The notes: generated by a model not told the origin, from the sequence alone. A DNA stretch of 64,000 nucleotides from an uncultured bacterium (GCA_937951485.1 CALEDJ010000029.1:4589-68588); one strand, 5' to 3'; positions 50,697 through 61,911 are shown, numbered from the stretch's first letter. Numbers and translations: made by a program.

Positions 50697-52212
50697 ACAT
50701 GTCGTGGTCACCCCTGTTCTTGATCGAATCCAGGCGCGGGATGGAGTACGTGCCCATGTGCAACTGGTCGAACACGCTGGCGTCGGTGCAGAATTCCCGT
50801 GCATGGTCCAGATCTATCAAGCCCTCTTTGTAAATCCGGTGCAGATACTGCTCAAACAGGAACGAATGCGACACGCTTTGCTGCATGCCGACACGGATGA
50901 GGTCTGAATCCCCGGTGATGATGCCGTCGCCGATGGCCTTGATGTCATTGAACAACACTTCGAGCGCGGGCACGCGGCCCCCGCCGATCTTGGGCACCAG
51001 CCGTTGGCAGATGACTCCCCGCAGGCAGTCGCGCACCTGGAGGCGCACCAGATCGCGTTCGATGGGATCGAAGTAACTCACAATGCGATTGACGACTTCG
51101 TAGGCGGTGTTGGAGTGCAGCGTGCTCAATACGAGGTGGCCGGTCGCCGCGGCGTTGATCGCGGCGCGGATGGTATCGGGGTCGCGCATTTCCCCGATGA
51201 GAATAATATCGGGGTCATGGCGCAGGGCGCCGCTCACGGCATCGTTGAACGAATTCACATCGGTCCCAAGACTTCGCTGTGATATGACGGACCTCTTGTT
51301 GACGTGCACATATTCAATCGGGTTCTCAATCGTGATGATGTGGGTTGCGCGGTGAGCGTTAATATAGTCGAGCAGCGCCGCAACCGTGGTGGTCTTGCCG
51401 CTCCCGGTCATGCCCGTCACGAGCAGCAGCCCGCGCGGGAGCGAGGCCACCCGCTCCATGAGGTCCGGCGGCATGTGCAATTCTTCAAAGGAAGGGATGA
51501 TTTCGGGAAGAAAACGGAATGTGCAATGCGGCGCGCCGGTCTTGACGAACGCCGAAACCCGCGAATAGCCCATGCCGATCTGGTGATAGCCGAAACTGGT
51601 CTGCTTCGACATCTCAAATTCGGTGTAGCATTCCGGCGGCGCGATTTCCTTTATCAATGCAAGAATCTGCACGGAGGACAACGGCCCCATCAGTTCGGAA
51701 TTGTGCACATCGCCGTCAATGCGAAACACGGGACACAGGCCCGGTGACAGGTGGACGTCGCTCGCCTTGTATTGCAGCATCGCCTGGAACAGCAATTCCG
51801 GACTGATGCGGTCAATACGGTAGTTCTCGCCCCGGACGCGCCATACTTCAGGAAGCGTTATGCAACGCGAGGCCCTCTCCACCGCCTCCAGGGCGCGTGC
51901 TGACGGCTTTGCGCCCTGCGGCGGAAAATTCAACACCACCGCACCGTCTTCCTGGGTGAAGGAAAAGGAATCGGCATACTCTTTGGAAAGCGAAGTCAAC
52001 GCCTGCAGACATTTCTCATTGGGACGCAGGCGCACAGCGAACTTTACAAATTCCCCCTTGAATTCCGGACGCTCCGCCGTCAGTTCCAGTGTCTCCGAAT
52101 GCGCTTCAATCCGGCGCGGCACACCCTGTGTCCGTCGCAGATGCTGCTCGATCATGTTGATGACGGTACGAAGACTCTGCTGTTGCCCTGTTCCTAATAC
52201 AACCTCCGCCAT
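50686..52212 (-). CDS. PilT/PilU-family secretion ATPase with approximately 150-aa N-terminal extension
   Basis: The PilT core is present (GLLLVTGMTGSGKTTT, ITIENPIEYVH, GHLVLSTLH). The region before it has no recognisable domain. Confidence 0.75.
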   Translation of the reverse strand: MAEVVLGTGQQQSLRTVINMIEQHLRRTQGVPRRIEAHSETLELTAERPEFKGEFVKFAVRLRPNEKCLQALTSLSKEYADSFSFTQEDGAVVLNFPPQGAKPSARALEAVERASRCITLPEVWRVRGENYRIDRISPELLFQAMLQYKASDVHLSPGLCPVFRIDGDVHNSELMGPLSSVQILALIKEIAPPECYTEFEMSKQTSFGYHQIGMGYSRVSAFVKTGAPHCTFRFLPEIIPSFEELHMPPDLMERVASLPRGLLLVTGMTGSGKTTTVAALLDYINAHRATHIITIENPIEYVHVNKRSVISQRSLGTDVNSFNDAVSGALRHDPDIILIGEMRDPDTIRAAINAAATGHLVLSTLHSNTAYEVVNRIVSYFDPIERDLVRLQVRDCLRGVICQRLVPKIGGGRVPALEVLFNDIKAIGDGIITGDSDLIRVGMQQSVSHSFLFEQYLHRIYKEGLIDLDHAREFCTDASVFDQLHMGTYSIPRLDSIKNRGDHDMFRA

Positions 52213-52442
52213 GGTCGCACTCCCATGAAGGACCTTCGCCTGTTAACGGGCATGCTTCGGCATGCCCGCGCCCGCCTTCCGTCGCACCTTCCACCTGCAT
52301 TTTAATCATACACCTTACCGGGGAAATCTGCAAAATGCCCTTACGGCAACCCACCTATGCCAACCATCGGGATGAGAAAAGCGGGATTTTCCCCCTGGAC
52401 CGGTTTGACTTGCCTCGCCGTGGACCGCCAGAATGGCGCGCC

Positions 52443-52925
52443 ATGCAGGACGAAAACGACCGCTATATGGGCTACGCCATCCGGGAGGCGCAGCGCGCGA
52501 TGGAATCTGGCGAGGTGCCGGTGGGCTGCGTGATAGTGCATGAGGGCGAACTGATCGCCAAGGCGCACAACCAGCGCGAAATGCTTCAGGACCCGACGGC
52601 GCACGCCGAGATTCTCGCGATTACGGCTGCCGCCGCCCGCCTCGGCAGTTGGCGGCTGGAGAACACGCGATTGTACGTGACGCTGGAGCCGTGCGCGATG
52701 TGCGCCGGGGCCATCATTCTCGCCCGGATTCCGGAAGTCTATTTCGGCGCCTATGACCCCAAGGCGGGTTGTTGCGGCACGCTGATGAATTTGCTGGAGG
52801 ATCCCCGGTTCAATCACCAGCCGGCGGTTTTCCCTGGACTGCGCAGCGAGGAGTGCGGCGCATTGCTGACCACTTTTTTCCGAAACATTCGCGAGCAGCA
52901 GCGCAATGGTGGGGACGGGGTATGA
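52443..52925 (+). CDS. tadA: tRNA adenosine(34) deaminase
   Basis: The CDA motifs HAE and PCAMCAGA are present. Confidence 0.85.
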   Translation: MQDENDRYMGYAIREAQRAMESGEVPVGCVIVHEGELIAKAHNQREMLQDPTAHAEILAITAAAARLGSWRLENTRLYVTLEPCAMCAGAIILARIPEVYFGAYDPKAGCCGTLMNLLEDPRFNHQPAVFPGLRSEECGALLTTFFRNIREQQRNGGDGV

Positions 52926-53026
52926 CCGGGCGCATGGCGGACGGCGAAGTGTTTTGGAAATCGTAACGTTTTAGCCGACCGGCGCAACCGTCGGAATCAA
53001 CGCACATAACCTTCTTTTCGCCCTTG

Positions 53027-53250
53027 CGAGTGGTGCGGCGCGCAGCGGGGCTGAGCGAAGACTGCGTGGCAGGAGCCATGCTTGCCACATCTTCATTTTT
53101 CCACCGTTGCCTGCAAAAGGAAAAGAACCAAAAAGAAAAACTGCTGCTGTGACGACTTTCGCTACGCAGATACGCCGCAACAGGAACATACAAGCAATCT
53201 GAGGTGGAGATTGTATCCAGAATGCCGCGCTCCGCTTCGTTGCGCTCGCA
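53027..53250. mobile_element. MITE-like element: approximately 25-bp imperfect terminal inverted repeats (GTCATTGCGAGCG.AA.GAAGCG family) around approximately 150 bp of non-coding DNA
   Basis: The right arm 53226-53249 is the reverse complement of the left arm 53027-53075. The left arm carries an approximately 23-nt insertion. The element is related to the perfect hairpin at 60154-60236. Confidence 0.45.
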
Positions 53251-53432
53251 ATGACGGGGCTATGCGCAGTGATTACTTCATTCGGCATTCGGCTGGAATG
53301 TTACCGGAAATGAAAACGCCTGCTTTTGTGTTGTCTGGACGGGATTCTTCGGGGTGAATATGATAATGTACGGGGTCCCTGGGGGGATTTTTGTAACGAC
53401 GCAACAGGTATTATGACGACACGGGATAGGAT

Positions 53433-55754
53433 ATGCTGACGGCAATCTGCTCAGGTTTCATATTGGCCGCGCTGGCCCCTTGGGCGCATCGCCGTCTTGG
53501 GGACAAGAGCGGATGGATATTCAGCCTGTTGCCATTGGGCTTGTTTTTCTATTTCATGTCCCACATCCCCGGCTTGGGCCAAGCGGCGGCGCACGAATCG
53601 CATGGCTGGATTCCGAGCCTGGGCATCGCACTTTCCTTTCACGCCGATGGTCTGGCAATCCTCTTCGCGGCGCTGATCAGCGGGATCGGGTTTCTGGTGA
53701 CCGTGTATTCCGGCGGCTATCTGCATGGACATCCCCTGCTGGGCCGCTGGTACGCCTTTCTTCTCATGTTTATGGCATCCATGCTGGGCGTGGTGCTTTC
53801 CAACAACATCATCGCGTTGTTCGTGTTCTGGGAATTGACCAGCCTCAGTTCCTACCTGCTCATCGGTTTCCACCACCGGGAGGAGGAGTCGCGCTACGCA
53901 GCATTGCAGGCGCTGCTGGTGACCGGTCTGGGCGGCCTGGCAATGCTGGCAGGGCTGGTGATGCTGGGCATGACGGCCGGGACGCTGGAACTTTCGGAAC
54001 TCACAACGCGCGGAGACCTTGTCCGCAATCAGCCGGAATACCTGCCGATCCTTATCCTCGTATTGCTGGGCGCGTTCACCAAATCGGCGCAGATTCCTTT
54101 TCATTTCTGGCTGCCAAACGCGATGGCCGCGCCCGCCCCGGCGAGCGCCTATCTCCATTCCTCGACAATGGTAAAGGCGGGGGTTTTTCTGCTGGCGCGG
54201 CTGAGTCCGGCGTTGGGCGGTACCGCCGCATGGACCGGACTGGTGGGAACGATTGGCGCAGCGACGTTCTTGTTGGGGGCCTTCCTGGCAGTGCAACAGC
54301 ACGCCATGAAGCGGCTTCTGGCCTATTCGACCGTCAGCGCGCTGGGCGCGATGACGATGCTGCTGGGCGTCGGCACGCCCGCCGCTGTAAAAGCCATGGC
54401 GGCGTTTTGCCTGGCGCACGCGCTATACAAGGCGGCGCTGTTCCTTGCGGCGGGGGCGGTGGATCACGAAACCGGCGAGCGCGACGTGCGGCGCCTGGGC
54501 GGCTTGGCGGGGGCGATGCCCTTCACGGCGGCCGGCGCGTCAATAGCGGCGTTGTCCATGGCGGGGATTCCGCTCTTTTTCGGCTTCGCTGCCAAAGAAC
54601 TGGTGTATGAAAGCCTCGTACACGGTCACGGGGTGTTTTCGATAATCCTGACCTTCGTTGCTGTGGCGTCCAGCATGTTGTTTCTGGTGGTGGCCGCATG
54701 CGCGGCATACCTGCCGTTCTTCGGCGAAAAAAAACAAACCCCGAAGCATCCGCACGAAGCGCCTTGGAGCATGCGGCTGGGGCCGCTGCTGCTGGGATTC
54801 CTGACGGTCGTTCTGGGCGTATTTCCGGCGCTGGCGACGCCGCTGCTGACGCCTGTCGCGGAGAGCATCCTCGGAGCGCATGTTCACCTGCATCTGGGGC
54901 TGTGGCACGGCGTCAGCCTGGCGCTGACCTTGAGCACGGTGACAGTGGCCGGAGGCCTTGCCGCATTCTGGAAGCGTGAAGCATTATATGGTGTTTTCGC
55001 GCTGCCGATGCGCGCGGCGCAGTGGGGGCCTGCACGATGGTATGACTGGATGCTCCAGGGAATGATGGACGGTGCCAAGTGGCAGACGCGGGTGCTGCAA
55101 AGCGGCTACCTGCGCTATTACCTGATTACCATTATCCTCACGACGGTCGCGGTGATGGGCGCATTGTTGATTACCCAGGGCGCGGGCCTCGCTGCGATGC
55201 TGCTGCGTCGGATCAGTGCTACGATATGGGAACTGCGCTACTACGAATTCGGCGTTGCCGCGATTCTCGTTGCGGGCATCGCCGCCGTGGTGCATTCCAG
55301 GACCAAACTGGCGGCGGTGGCGGCGCTGGGCGTCGTGGGTTATGGGATTGCGATTGTGTTTGTGATCTTCGGCGCGCCTGATCTTGCCATGACGCAGTTT
55401 CTCATCGAAACACTCACGGTCATCCTCTTCGTACTGGTTTTCTATCACCTCCCGCAGTTCTCTCTCAGGGCCAGCAGCCAGGCGGTCGCGCGCAACCTCG
55501 CGGTGGCGGTCGCTTTCGGGGTGGTGATGGGCCTGCTGACGCTGATCGCGGCGGACCTGCGTGGTCGCCCGTCGGTGTCGCAGTTTTTTCTGGAGCACAG
55601 TTACGACATGGGCCATGGGCGCAACATCGTCAATGTGATCCTCGTTGATTTCCGGGGCATTGACACCATGGGCGAGATCACCGTGCTGGCGGTGGCGGCG
55701 GTGGGCGCTTATTCGCTGTTGAAACTGCGTCTGGGACGGAGGGCGGACAAATGA
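53433..55754 (+). CDS. mrpA: Na+/H+ antiporter subunit A (MrpA/MnhA)
   Basis: A polytopic NuoL-like fold with a C-terminal MnhB-like domain spans 773 aa. Confidence 0.85.
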   Translation: MLTAICSGFILAALAPWAHRRLGDKSGWIFSLLPLGLFFYFMSHIPGLGQAAAHESHGWIPSLGIALSFHADGLAILFAALISGIGFLVTVYSGGYLHGHPLLGRWYAFLLMFMASMLGVVLSNNIIALFVFWELTSLSSYLLIGFHHREEESRYAALQALLVTGLGGLAMLAGLVMLGMTAGTLELSELTTRGDLVRNQPEYLPILILVLLGAFTKSAQIPFHFWLPNAMAAPAPASAYLHSSTMVKAGVFLLARLSPALGGTAAWTGLVGTIGAATFLLGAFLAVQQHAMKRLLAYSTVSALGAMTMLLGVGTPAAVKAMAAFCLAHALYKAALFLAAGAVDHETGERDVRRLGGLAGAMPFTAAGASIAALSMAGIPLFFGFAAKELVYESLVHGHGVFSIILTFVAVASSMLFLVVAACAAYLPFFGEKKQTPKHPHEAPWSMRLGPLLLGFLTVVLGVFPALATPLLTPVAESILGAHVHLHLGLWHGVSLALTLSTVTVAGGLAAFWKREALYGVFALPMRAAQWGPARWYDWMLQGMMDGAKWQTRVLQSGYLRYYLITIILTTVAVMGALLITQGAGLAAMLLRRISATIWELRYYEFGVAAILVAGIAAVVHSRTKLAAVAALGVVGYGIAIVFVIFGAPDLAMTQFLIETLTVILFVLVFYHLPQFSLRASSQAVARNLAVAVAFGVVMGLLTLIAADLRGRPSVSQFFLEHSYDMGHGRNIVNVILVDFRGIDTMGEITVLAVAAVGAYSLLKLRLGRRADK

Positions 55755-56167
55755 CGTCGCTCATTCTGCGCACCGCTACACTCTATATGCAGCCCATCCT
55801 TCTCATGTTTTCGGTCTTCCTGCTCTTGCGTGGTCACAACGAGCCTGGCGGCGGTTTCACCGGGGGACTGGTGGGGGCCGCGGCGTTTTCACTCTATGCG
55901 TTTGCTTACGGCGTGCTTGAATCCCGCCGCAAGTTGCGCGCGGACCCGCATACCCTGATCGGTTGCGGGCTGTTGGTGGCCGTGGGCAGCGCCACAATAG
56001 CGCCGCTGATGGGGCGTCCGTTCATGACCGGCGCATGGTGGGAGATGCATCTTCCCGGTTTCGGCGCGGTGCATCTGGGCACCCCGATGTTTTTTGATAT
56101 CGGCGTGTATCTCGTGGTGATCGGGGTGACTTTGCTGATCATTTATTCCATGGCGGAAGAGGAATAG
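55751..56167 (+). CDS. mrpB: Na+/H+ antiporter subunit B
   Basis: An MnhB-like membrane protein of 138 aa. It overlaps mrpA. Confidence 0.75.
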   Translation: MTSLILRTATLYMQPILLMFSVFLLLRGHNEPGGGFTGGLVGAAAFSLYAFAYGVLESRRKLRADPHTLIGCGLLVAVGSATIAPLMGRPFMTGAWWEMHLPGFGAVHLGTPMFFDIGVYLVVIGVTLLIIYSMAEEE

Positions 56168-56178
56168 GAGGAAGCGTC

Positions 56179-56526
56179 TTGGAATTTGTGTTTGCGGTGG
56201 TGGTCGGCGGCCTATACGCCGCCGGGCTGTACCTGATGCTCCAGCGCAACATCATCAAGTTGGTGCTGGGCCTCTCGCTGTTGAGCCACGGCGCGAACCT
56301 GCTGATCTTCACGGCGGCGGGCTTGACCCGCGCGCATGCGCCGTTGATTGACGAAGGCGGCGCTGTGCTCATCGGGCGCACCGCCGACCCCCTGCCGCAG
56401 GCGCTTATCCTCACCGCCATTGTCATCAGTTTCGGCGTAACCGCCTTCATGCTGGTGCTCGTGCACCGCACACACCAGGAAACGGGCACGGACGATCTGG
56501 ATGATTTGAGGACGACCGACACATGA
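56179..56526 (+). CDS. mrpC: Na+/H+ antiporter subunit C (NuoK-like)
   Basis: 115 aa. The motif [24 protein letters not shown] is present. Confidence 0.85.
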   Translation: MEFVFAVVVGGLYAAGLYLMLQRNIIKLVLGLSLLSHGANLLIFTAAGLTRAHAPLIDEGGAVLIGRTADPLPQALILTAIVISFGVTAFMLVLVHRTHQETGTDDLDDLRTTDT

Positions 56527-58019
56527 AAGCGCTGCTGGTCATGCCGATTGTTATCCCGCTCGTCGGCGGGGCGCTGGGTCTGGTGGCCTGGCGCAGTCGC
56601 GCAGCGCAGCGCGCGCTGGCGGCATGCGGGGCCGCCGCGCTGCTGCTGGCGGCGGCGGCGTTGCTGTGGACGGTGGACCGGCACGGCGTACTGGCGGTGC
56701 AGGTGGGCGACTGGCCCGCGCCTTTCGGCATCACGCTGGTGGCGGATTTGTTCGCCGCCATCATGGTATTTATCGCCGCCGTTCTCGGCGCTTGCGTGCT
56801 TTTCTATTCTTTCTGGGCCATGGACAGCGGCCGCGAATCTTACGGTTACTATCCCCTGACGCTGGTACTGCTGATGGGGGTAAACGGGGCCTTTCTCACC
56901 GGCGATGTATTCAACCTCTACGTATGGTTCGAAGTGATGCTCATGGCCTCATTCGTTTTGCTGGCGCTGGGCGGAGATCGCCCGCAACTGGAAGGCGCCA
57001 TCAAGTATGTCACCCTGAATCTTGTGAGTTCCGCGCTGTTTCTCGCGGCAACGGGCATCCTCTACGGCGTGGCGGGGACGCTGAACATGGCGGATCTGGC
57101 CGGGAAACTGGGCGAAAACGTTGCGCCGCGCCTCACGACTACGCTGGCCATGCTTTACCTGGCGGCTTTCGGAATCAAGGCGGGCCTGTTTCCGCTCTTC
57201 TTCTGGCTGCCCGCCTCGTACCACACGCCGCCGCCAGCGGTTTCGGCGATTTTCGCGGGACTCTTAACGAAGGTCGGCGTCTATGCCATTATTCGCGTGT
57301 TCACCCTGATGTTCACGCTCGAAACGGCCCTGACGCACGGGGTCATCCTTGTCCTCGCCGCTTTCACCATGGTGACCGGCGTGCTCGGCGCAGCGGCGCA
57401 AAACGATTTCCGCCGCATCCTCGCCTTCCACATCGTCAGCCAGATCGGCTATATCATCATGGGATTGGGGCTGTACAGCCGGATTGCGCTGGCCGGGGCC
57501 ATTTTTTTCATCGTGCACAATATCATCGCCAAGTCCAACCTGTTTTTGGTGAGCGGCGTGGTGCATCGGCTGCGCGGGACCGGCGATTTGAAGCAACTCG
57601 GCGGCCTCTATGAGCAACAGCCCGCGCTTTCAATTTGCTTCATGGTCTCCGCCATGGCCCTGGCGGGCATTCCGCCCCTGTCGGGTTTCTTTGGCAAACT
57701 GGTTCTTGTCATTGCGGGTATCCAGGCGGGCGCCTATGTCATTGTGGCGGTGTCGCTGCTGGTGAGTATCCTGACGCTGTTTTCGATGACGAAGATTTGG
57801 GCGGGGGGCTTCTGGAAACCTGCGCCGGAAGAGCGCGATGTTCCGCCGCCGGGCGACGCCACCCACGCCATCCGGCGCATGATGATACCCGTGGCGTTGC
57901 TCGCGGGACTGAATGTGCTGTTCGGCGTCGGATTTGAGCCGTGTTATGCAATGGCGCTGCGCGCCGCCGATCAACTGCTGGATAAACAGGCATATATCGC
58001 CGCCGTATTGGGGACTTGA
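56523..58019 (+). CDS. mrpD: Na+/H+ antiporter subunit D (NuoN/M-like)
   Basis: 498 aa. A proton-pumping antiporter fold. Confidence 0.85.
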   Translation: MKALLVMPIVIPLVGGALGLVAWRSRAAQRALAACGAAALLLAAAALLWTVDRHGVLAVQVGDWPAPFGITLVADLFAAIMVFIAAVLGACVLFYSFWAMDSGRESYGYYPLTLVLLMGVNGAFLTGDVFNLYVWFEVMLMASFVLLALGGDRPQLEGAIKYVTLNLVSSALFLAATGILYGVAGTLNMADLAGKLGENVAPRLTTTLAMLYLAAFGIKAGLFPLFFWLPASYHTPPPAVSAIFAGLLTKVGVYAIIRVFTLMFTLETALTHGVILVLAAFTMVTGVLGAAAQNDFRRILAFHIVSQIGYIIMGLGLYSRIALAGAIFFIVHNIIAKSNLFLVSGVVHRLRGTGDLKQLGGLYEQQPALSICFMVSAMALAGIPPLSGFFGKLVLVIAGIQAGAYVIVAVSLLVSILTLFSMTKIWAGGFWKPAPEERDVPPPGDATHAIRRMMIPVALLAGLNVLFGVGFEPCYAMALRAADQLLDKQAYIAAVLGT

Positions 58020-58020
58020 G

Positions 58021-58494
58021 ATGCGCATGTTCCTGTGGAATATCCTGCTTGCCCTGGTCTGGGCGCTGATGAACGGTCGGATCACCCTGGCGAATCTGCT
58101 GGTGGGCTTTGTCCTGGCTTATTTCGCGCTCATGCTGTTTCATGGCAGGACGGATTCATCCAACTACTTCAAGAAAGTGCGTCAGATTGTCGGGTTCTTT
58201 TTCTGGTTCTTTAAGGAACTCATCATGTCCAACCTGCAGGTGGCCCACGACGTGGTTACCCCGACGCATTACTCCCGGCCCGGTACGCTGGCCATCCCAC
58301 TCGACGCAAATACGCCCGCGGAAATCACGCTGCTGGCCAACGTAATCTCGCTGACCCCCGGCACCCTCAGTCTCGATGTTTCCGATGACCAGAAGACCCT
58401 CTACATCCATGCCATGTTTATTGACGATCCGGAAAAACTGCGCCGCGCCATCAAAGAAGGGCTGGAAAAACGGCTGTTGGAGGTGATGCGATGA
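58021..58494 (+). CDS. mrpE: Na+/H+ antiporter subunit E
   Basis: The N-terminus is [19 protein letters not shown]. The ATG at 58021 was checked. Confidence 0.7.
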   Translation: MRMFLWNILLALVWALMNGRITLANLLVGFVLAYFALMLFHGRTDSSNYFKKVRQIVGFFFWFFKELIMSNLQVAHDVVTPTHYSRPGTLAIPLDANTPAEITLLANVISLTPGTLSLDVSDDQKTLYIHAMFIDDPEKLRRAIKEGLEKRLLEVMR

Positions 58495-58763
58495 ACATTC
58501 TGTCCGTCACCGTCAACCTGGTCATCATGATGCTTGGGGCCGCGCTGGTCATTTCCTGCATCCGTTTGTTCAGGGGACCCACATTGCCCGATCGCGTCGT
58601 CGCGCTCGACCTCGTCGCCACGCTCGTCGTCGGCTTGATTGCGGCCTACGCCATCGCCACCAACCAATCCGTGTTCCTCATAGACGCCATCGTGCTCACC
58701 GTCATCGCGTTTCTGGGCACCGTGGCCTTCGCCTACTACATCGGAAAGGGAGGGCTGCCATGA
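58491..58763 (+). CDS. mrpF: Na+/H+ antiporter subunit F
   Basis: 90 aa, 3 TM. Overlaps mrpE. Confidence 0.75.
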   Translation: MNILSVTVNLVIMMLGAALVISCIRLFRGPTLPDRVVALDLVATLVVGLIAAYAIATNQSVFLIDAIVLTVIAFLGTVAFAYYIGKGGLP

Positions 58764-59164
58764 ACGACATCATCACCGCGCTGCTGATGATCTTCGGCGC
58801 GTCCTTCATGCTGCTCGCCGCTGTCGGCGTGCTGCGCCTGCCCGACCTCTTCATCCGCATGCACGCCGCCACAAAAAGCGGCACCCTCGGCGTCAGCGGC
58901 ATGCTGCTCGCCCTTGCCGTGCATTTCGACGACCTCGGCGTCGCCATCCGCGCCGGACTCGCCATCGTGTTTCTCTTCCTCACCGCGCCCGTCGCCGCGC
59001 ACTTCATCGGCCGCGCCGCCTACATCGTCGGGGTGCCCCTCTGGGAAGGCACTGTCGTGGACGAACTCCGCGGAAGATACGACCCCGACACCGCCGCGCT
59101 GCAAAGTCCGCCGGAGGCCAACGACGATGACCCCAACATGCCGAGGTACGATCCGGGCATATGA
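58760..59164 (+). CDS. mrpG: Na+/H+ antiporter subunit G
   Basis: 134 aa. An MnhG-like N-terminus with an acidic tail. Confidence 0.8.
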   Translation: MNDIITALLMIFGASFMLLAAVGVLRLPDLFIRMHAATKSGTLGVSGMLLALAVHFDDLGVAIRAGLAIVFLFLTAPVAAHFIGRAAYIVGVPLWEGTVVDELRGRYDPDTAALQSPPEANDDDPNMPRYDPGI

Positions 59165-59184
59165 AAGCGGCGTCTCCCCCGCTT
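59165..59184 (+). terminator. possible weak terminator hairpin after mrpG (AAGCGG-8nt-CCGCTT)
   Basis: A hairpin is present but there is no clear U-tract. It lies in the convergent gap with the minus-strand gene ending at 59193. Confidence 0.2.
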
Positions 59185-59192
59185 CTCCAACG

Positions 59193-60034
59193 CTAGCCCA
59201 GGCGCGGAAGCGTGGGCAGTATCTCGGAGAAATCCCGGGTGATGTCGAGAATGACGCCTGTTAGATAGCAGGCGATGCCAAAGGAGATAATCAATCCGTA
59301 GAGCGCCAGCAGGGCCTCGGCGACGCGTTTGAGCGTGTGGTTCCATCCTTCGGCGACGGGCATGGCGCTCAGTATGGCAAGTGGCAACGTGATTGCCAAC
59401 GCATAAAACAGCACTTCGCCGCTGTGGACCTCCAGCCACCCCCATCCTCCGAGTACGGGCGCAGGGCGCTTGAGGTAGGCATCCATTGCGAAGCGGACTC
59501 CCCACAGCGCCATCCGGCCGAACACATGCAATGCCAGTGCCGTCAGCAGGATGCATCCAGTGCGCAGCAGCAGGTGTTGCCACGCAATTCTGGGCGCGTT
59601 GTCGCCAGCGGCGCGGTGCATCCTGGCGTAAATGGCCAGATAGGCGACAATCGCGATCGGGCCGGTGAGCAGTCCCAGCAGAAACGCCGCCGCACGCACC
59701 AGCCGCACATGTACTTCCAGATAGGCGGCCAGCGATGCGCACACACCGAGCCAAACTCTGTTTTCAAGGGAAAGCGCCAATCCCTCTGTGCGGGGCTGTT
59801 GCTCTGCCAGCACCGCCGCCCGGCGGCGCGGGTCGCCCAAGCGCGCCAACACAGCCCGCAAGTCCGTGTCCTCGATGGTGTCTTTCTGAATGGCGCTCAA
59901 TTCACGTTTAATCTGTTTTTCCAGTCGGGTCAAGGCGCGCTCGCGGATGCGTTCGGGAATTTCCACGTCGAGTTGCATCGCGACTTCATGCACATACCGC
60001 GCAATGATGGATTCCTGCTTTCTGGTGAGGATCA
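59193..60034 (-). CDS. hypothetical membrane protein (N-terminal cytoplasmic helical domain + 4-5 TM)
   Basis: The N-terminus is MILTRKQESIIARYVHEVAMQL. The start is approximate. The upstream ORF-track extension is unlikely to be coding. Confidence 0.4.
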
Positions 60035-60153
60035 TACTCCCTCCGCAATTTGAAAGAAAGTATAGCCGAATGCATTCACGCCGCTGAAATCTCACAAGAC
60101 GACATTTTAGCGTGTAGTGAAAGAGATCGGTCCGATGTCGGGCCGCATCTCTA

Positions 60154-60236
60154 CTCGTCATTGCGAGCGAAGCGAAGCGTGGCGCGGCAATCTGGACAGG
60201 CGGCACGCCTCAGATTCGCTTCGCTCGCAATGACGA
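60154..60236. mobile_element. perfect 23-bp inverted repeat (CTCGTCATTGCGAGCGAAGCGAA / TTCGCTTCGCTCGCAATGACGAG) with 37-nt loop; minimal copy of the MITE-like family seen at 53027-53250
   Basis: Read directly. The arms are perfectly complementary. Confidence 0.6.
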
Positions 60237-60320
60237 GGATTCAAAGTTGACGGATAAATTCAAATTCAGTGCTGCCCAGAATATTCTGAGTTCTGAGAAA
60301 AGTCTTTTGTCATATTAATC

Positions 60321-60532
60321 TTTCCCCCTCACCCCACCCCTCTCCCGGAGGGAGAGGGGGCAACGGCATGCCTCCGGTTGCGCCATATACTCCCTCTCCC
60401 GGAGGGAGAGGGGGCAACGGCATGCCTCCGGTTGCGCCATATACTCCCTCTCCCGGAGGGAGAGGGGGCAACGGCATGCCTCGGGTTGCGCCATATACCC
60501 CCTCTCCCCCCGGGAGAGGGGTGGGGTGAGGG
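60321..60532. repeat. second tandem REP/BIME-like array: 4 hairpins (CCCTCTCC-CGGA-GGGAGAGG) separated by 3 near-identical 30-nt spacers, enclosed by a perfect 23-bp outer inverted repeat TCCCCCTCACCCCACCCCTCTCC
   Basis: Read directly. The spacers gcaacggcatgcctccggttgcgccatata are homologous to those of the 13399-13609 array. Confidence 0.8.
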
Positions 60533-60913
60533 GGAACAAAAACAGGACACCCTGGCACACGGGTAATGATGCCTCAGAAATTCCCGCAGAGAGGTTTGCG
60601 TATAGGACAAGCCCCCCACATCACCTTGATTCAACAGGATTTTCCAAGGGTTTTGGGCATGGTCTTTCACCATCCTTAATAACCTGTTTTGGACAGCACT
60701 GATAAAAATTGTTGTATTGCTTGAAAAGTGCGCTTCCTTTCTTCAGCGAATCGCCGCCGAAGGCGGTGTGGGACTCGCAATGATTGGGCGAAGAGCAATG
60801 ATTGCCTCTGGTGGCCATGCTGTTGCTCCGTCAGAGGTTTCAAATTGGCATCAGAAATTATGAGAAAAGGGCCGGTCCAAAGACCGGCCCTTTGTCTTGT
60901 ACTGTGAATGGAA

Positions 60914-61315
60914 TCAGGCAGCGCCCACGATCTCGACGACCGCGCCGACGCTCTCCAGTTCTTCCTTCAGTTTGTTCGCTTCGTCCTGGGGGACGCCCTG
61001 TTTTACGGGCTTCGGGCATGCGTCCACAAGGTCCTTCGCTTCTTTCAGACCCAGTCCCGCCAAGTCTTTCACCTTCTTGATCACGGCGATTTTCTGCGAC
61101 CCGTGCTCCTTGAGGATCACATCAAAGGAGGTGGGGCCTTCGTCGCCGCCCGCCGCTTCGCCGCCGCCCGCCGCAGCCATGGGCATCGCCGCCATGGCCA
61201 TCGGGGCCGCCGCCGTCACGCCGAACTTCTCTTCAAGGGCCTTTACCAATTCGCTCAGTTCAAGCACCGACAATTCCGCGATGCTGTTGATAATGCTTTC
61301 CAGTTTCTCGGACAT
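60914..61315 (-). CDS. rplL: 50S ribosomal protein L7/L12
   Basis: The N-terminus [33 protein letters not shown] is followed by an Ala-rich hinge and a CTD. Confidence 0.95.
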   Translation of the reverse strand: MSEKLESIINSIAELSVLELSELVKALEEKFGVTAAAPMAMAAMPMAAAGGGEAAGGDEGPTSFDVILKEHGSQKIAVIKKVKDLAGLGLKEAKDLVDACPKPVKQGVPQDEANKLKEELESVGAVVEIVGAA

Positions 61316-61377
61316 ATCCGTTCTTTCTCCTCTTCAAGGGACTCCATACGCCTTGTTCAAAACCGCCCGGCGCGCCC

Positions 61378-61911
61378 TCAGGCCGCCGCGGCCCCTTCTT
61401 TCTGTTTCCGTATTTGATCCAACACGTTGACCAGGTTGCGCGGCAGCGCGTTCAACACGCCCACGAATCCGCTGAGCGGAGCCGCTATCGTGCCCACGAC
61501 CATTGCCAGCAACTGCTCACGCGGCGGCAGACCGGCCAGTGATTCCAGCTGCGCCGCCGTTACGACACGGCCGCTCAATACGCCGCCCGCCATCGAGACG
61601 AATTTCACCTCGCCCGCAAATTGCTTGAGAATCTTGGCGGGGGCCACGGGGTCTTTCGAAAAGGCCCATGCTGTCGGTCCTTCCATAAAATCCGCCGCCG
61701 CCTCGACGCCCATCTCCCGCAGCGCGCGCCGCGCCAGCGTGTTCTTGTAAACCTTGAACTCGACCCCGGCTTCCCGGAGTTTGTTGCGCAGTTCAGACAC
61801 CTGCGCCACGTTGATCCCCACATACTTCGTGATGACCGCCACTTCGCTGTTCTCGAGTCGTTTCTTGAACTCGCTTACGGCTTCGATTTTTTCCGGTTTC
61901 GGCAATCGCAC
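61378..61911 (-). CDS. rplJ: 50S ribosomal protein L10
   Basis: The motif VAVITKYVGINVAQVSELR is present. It lies upstream of rplL. Confidence 0.95.
   Translation of the reverse strand: MRLPKPEKIEAVSEFKKRLENSEVAVITKYVGINVAQVSELRNKLREAGVEFKVYKNTLARRALREMGVEAAADFMEGPTAWAFSKDPVAPAKILKQFAGEVKFVSMAGGVLSGRVVTAAQLESLAGLPPREQLLAMVVGTIAAPLSGFVGVLNALPRNLVNVLDQIRKQKEGAAAA

Noticed and set aside
60310-60673. Repetitive-peptide ORFs (PLPPLPPGEGVYGAT repeats) on both strands
   Set aside because: These are direct translation of the tandem DNA repeat array. The period of about 54 nt is not a multiple of 3, and there is no credible start.
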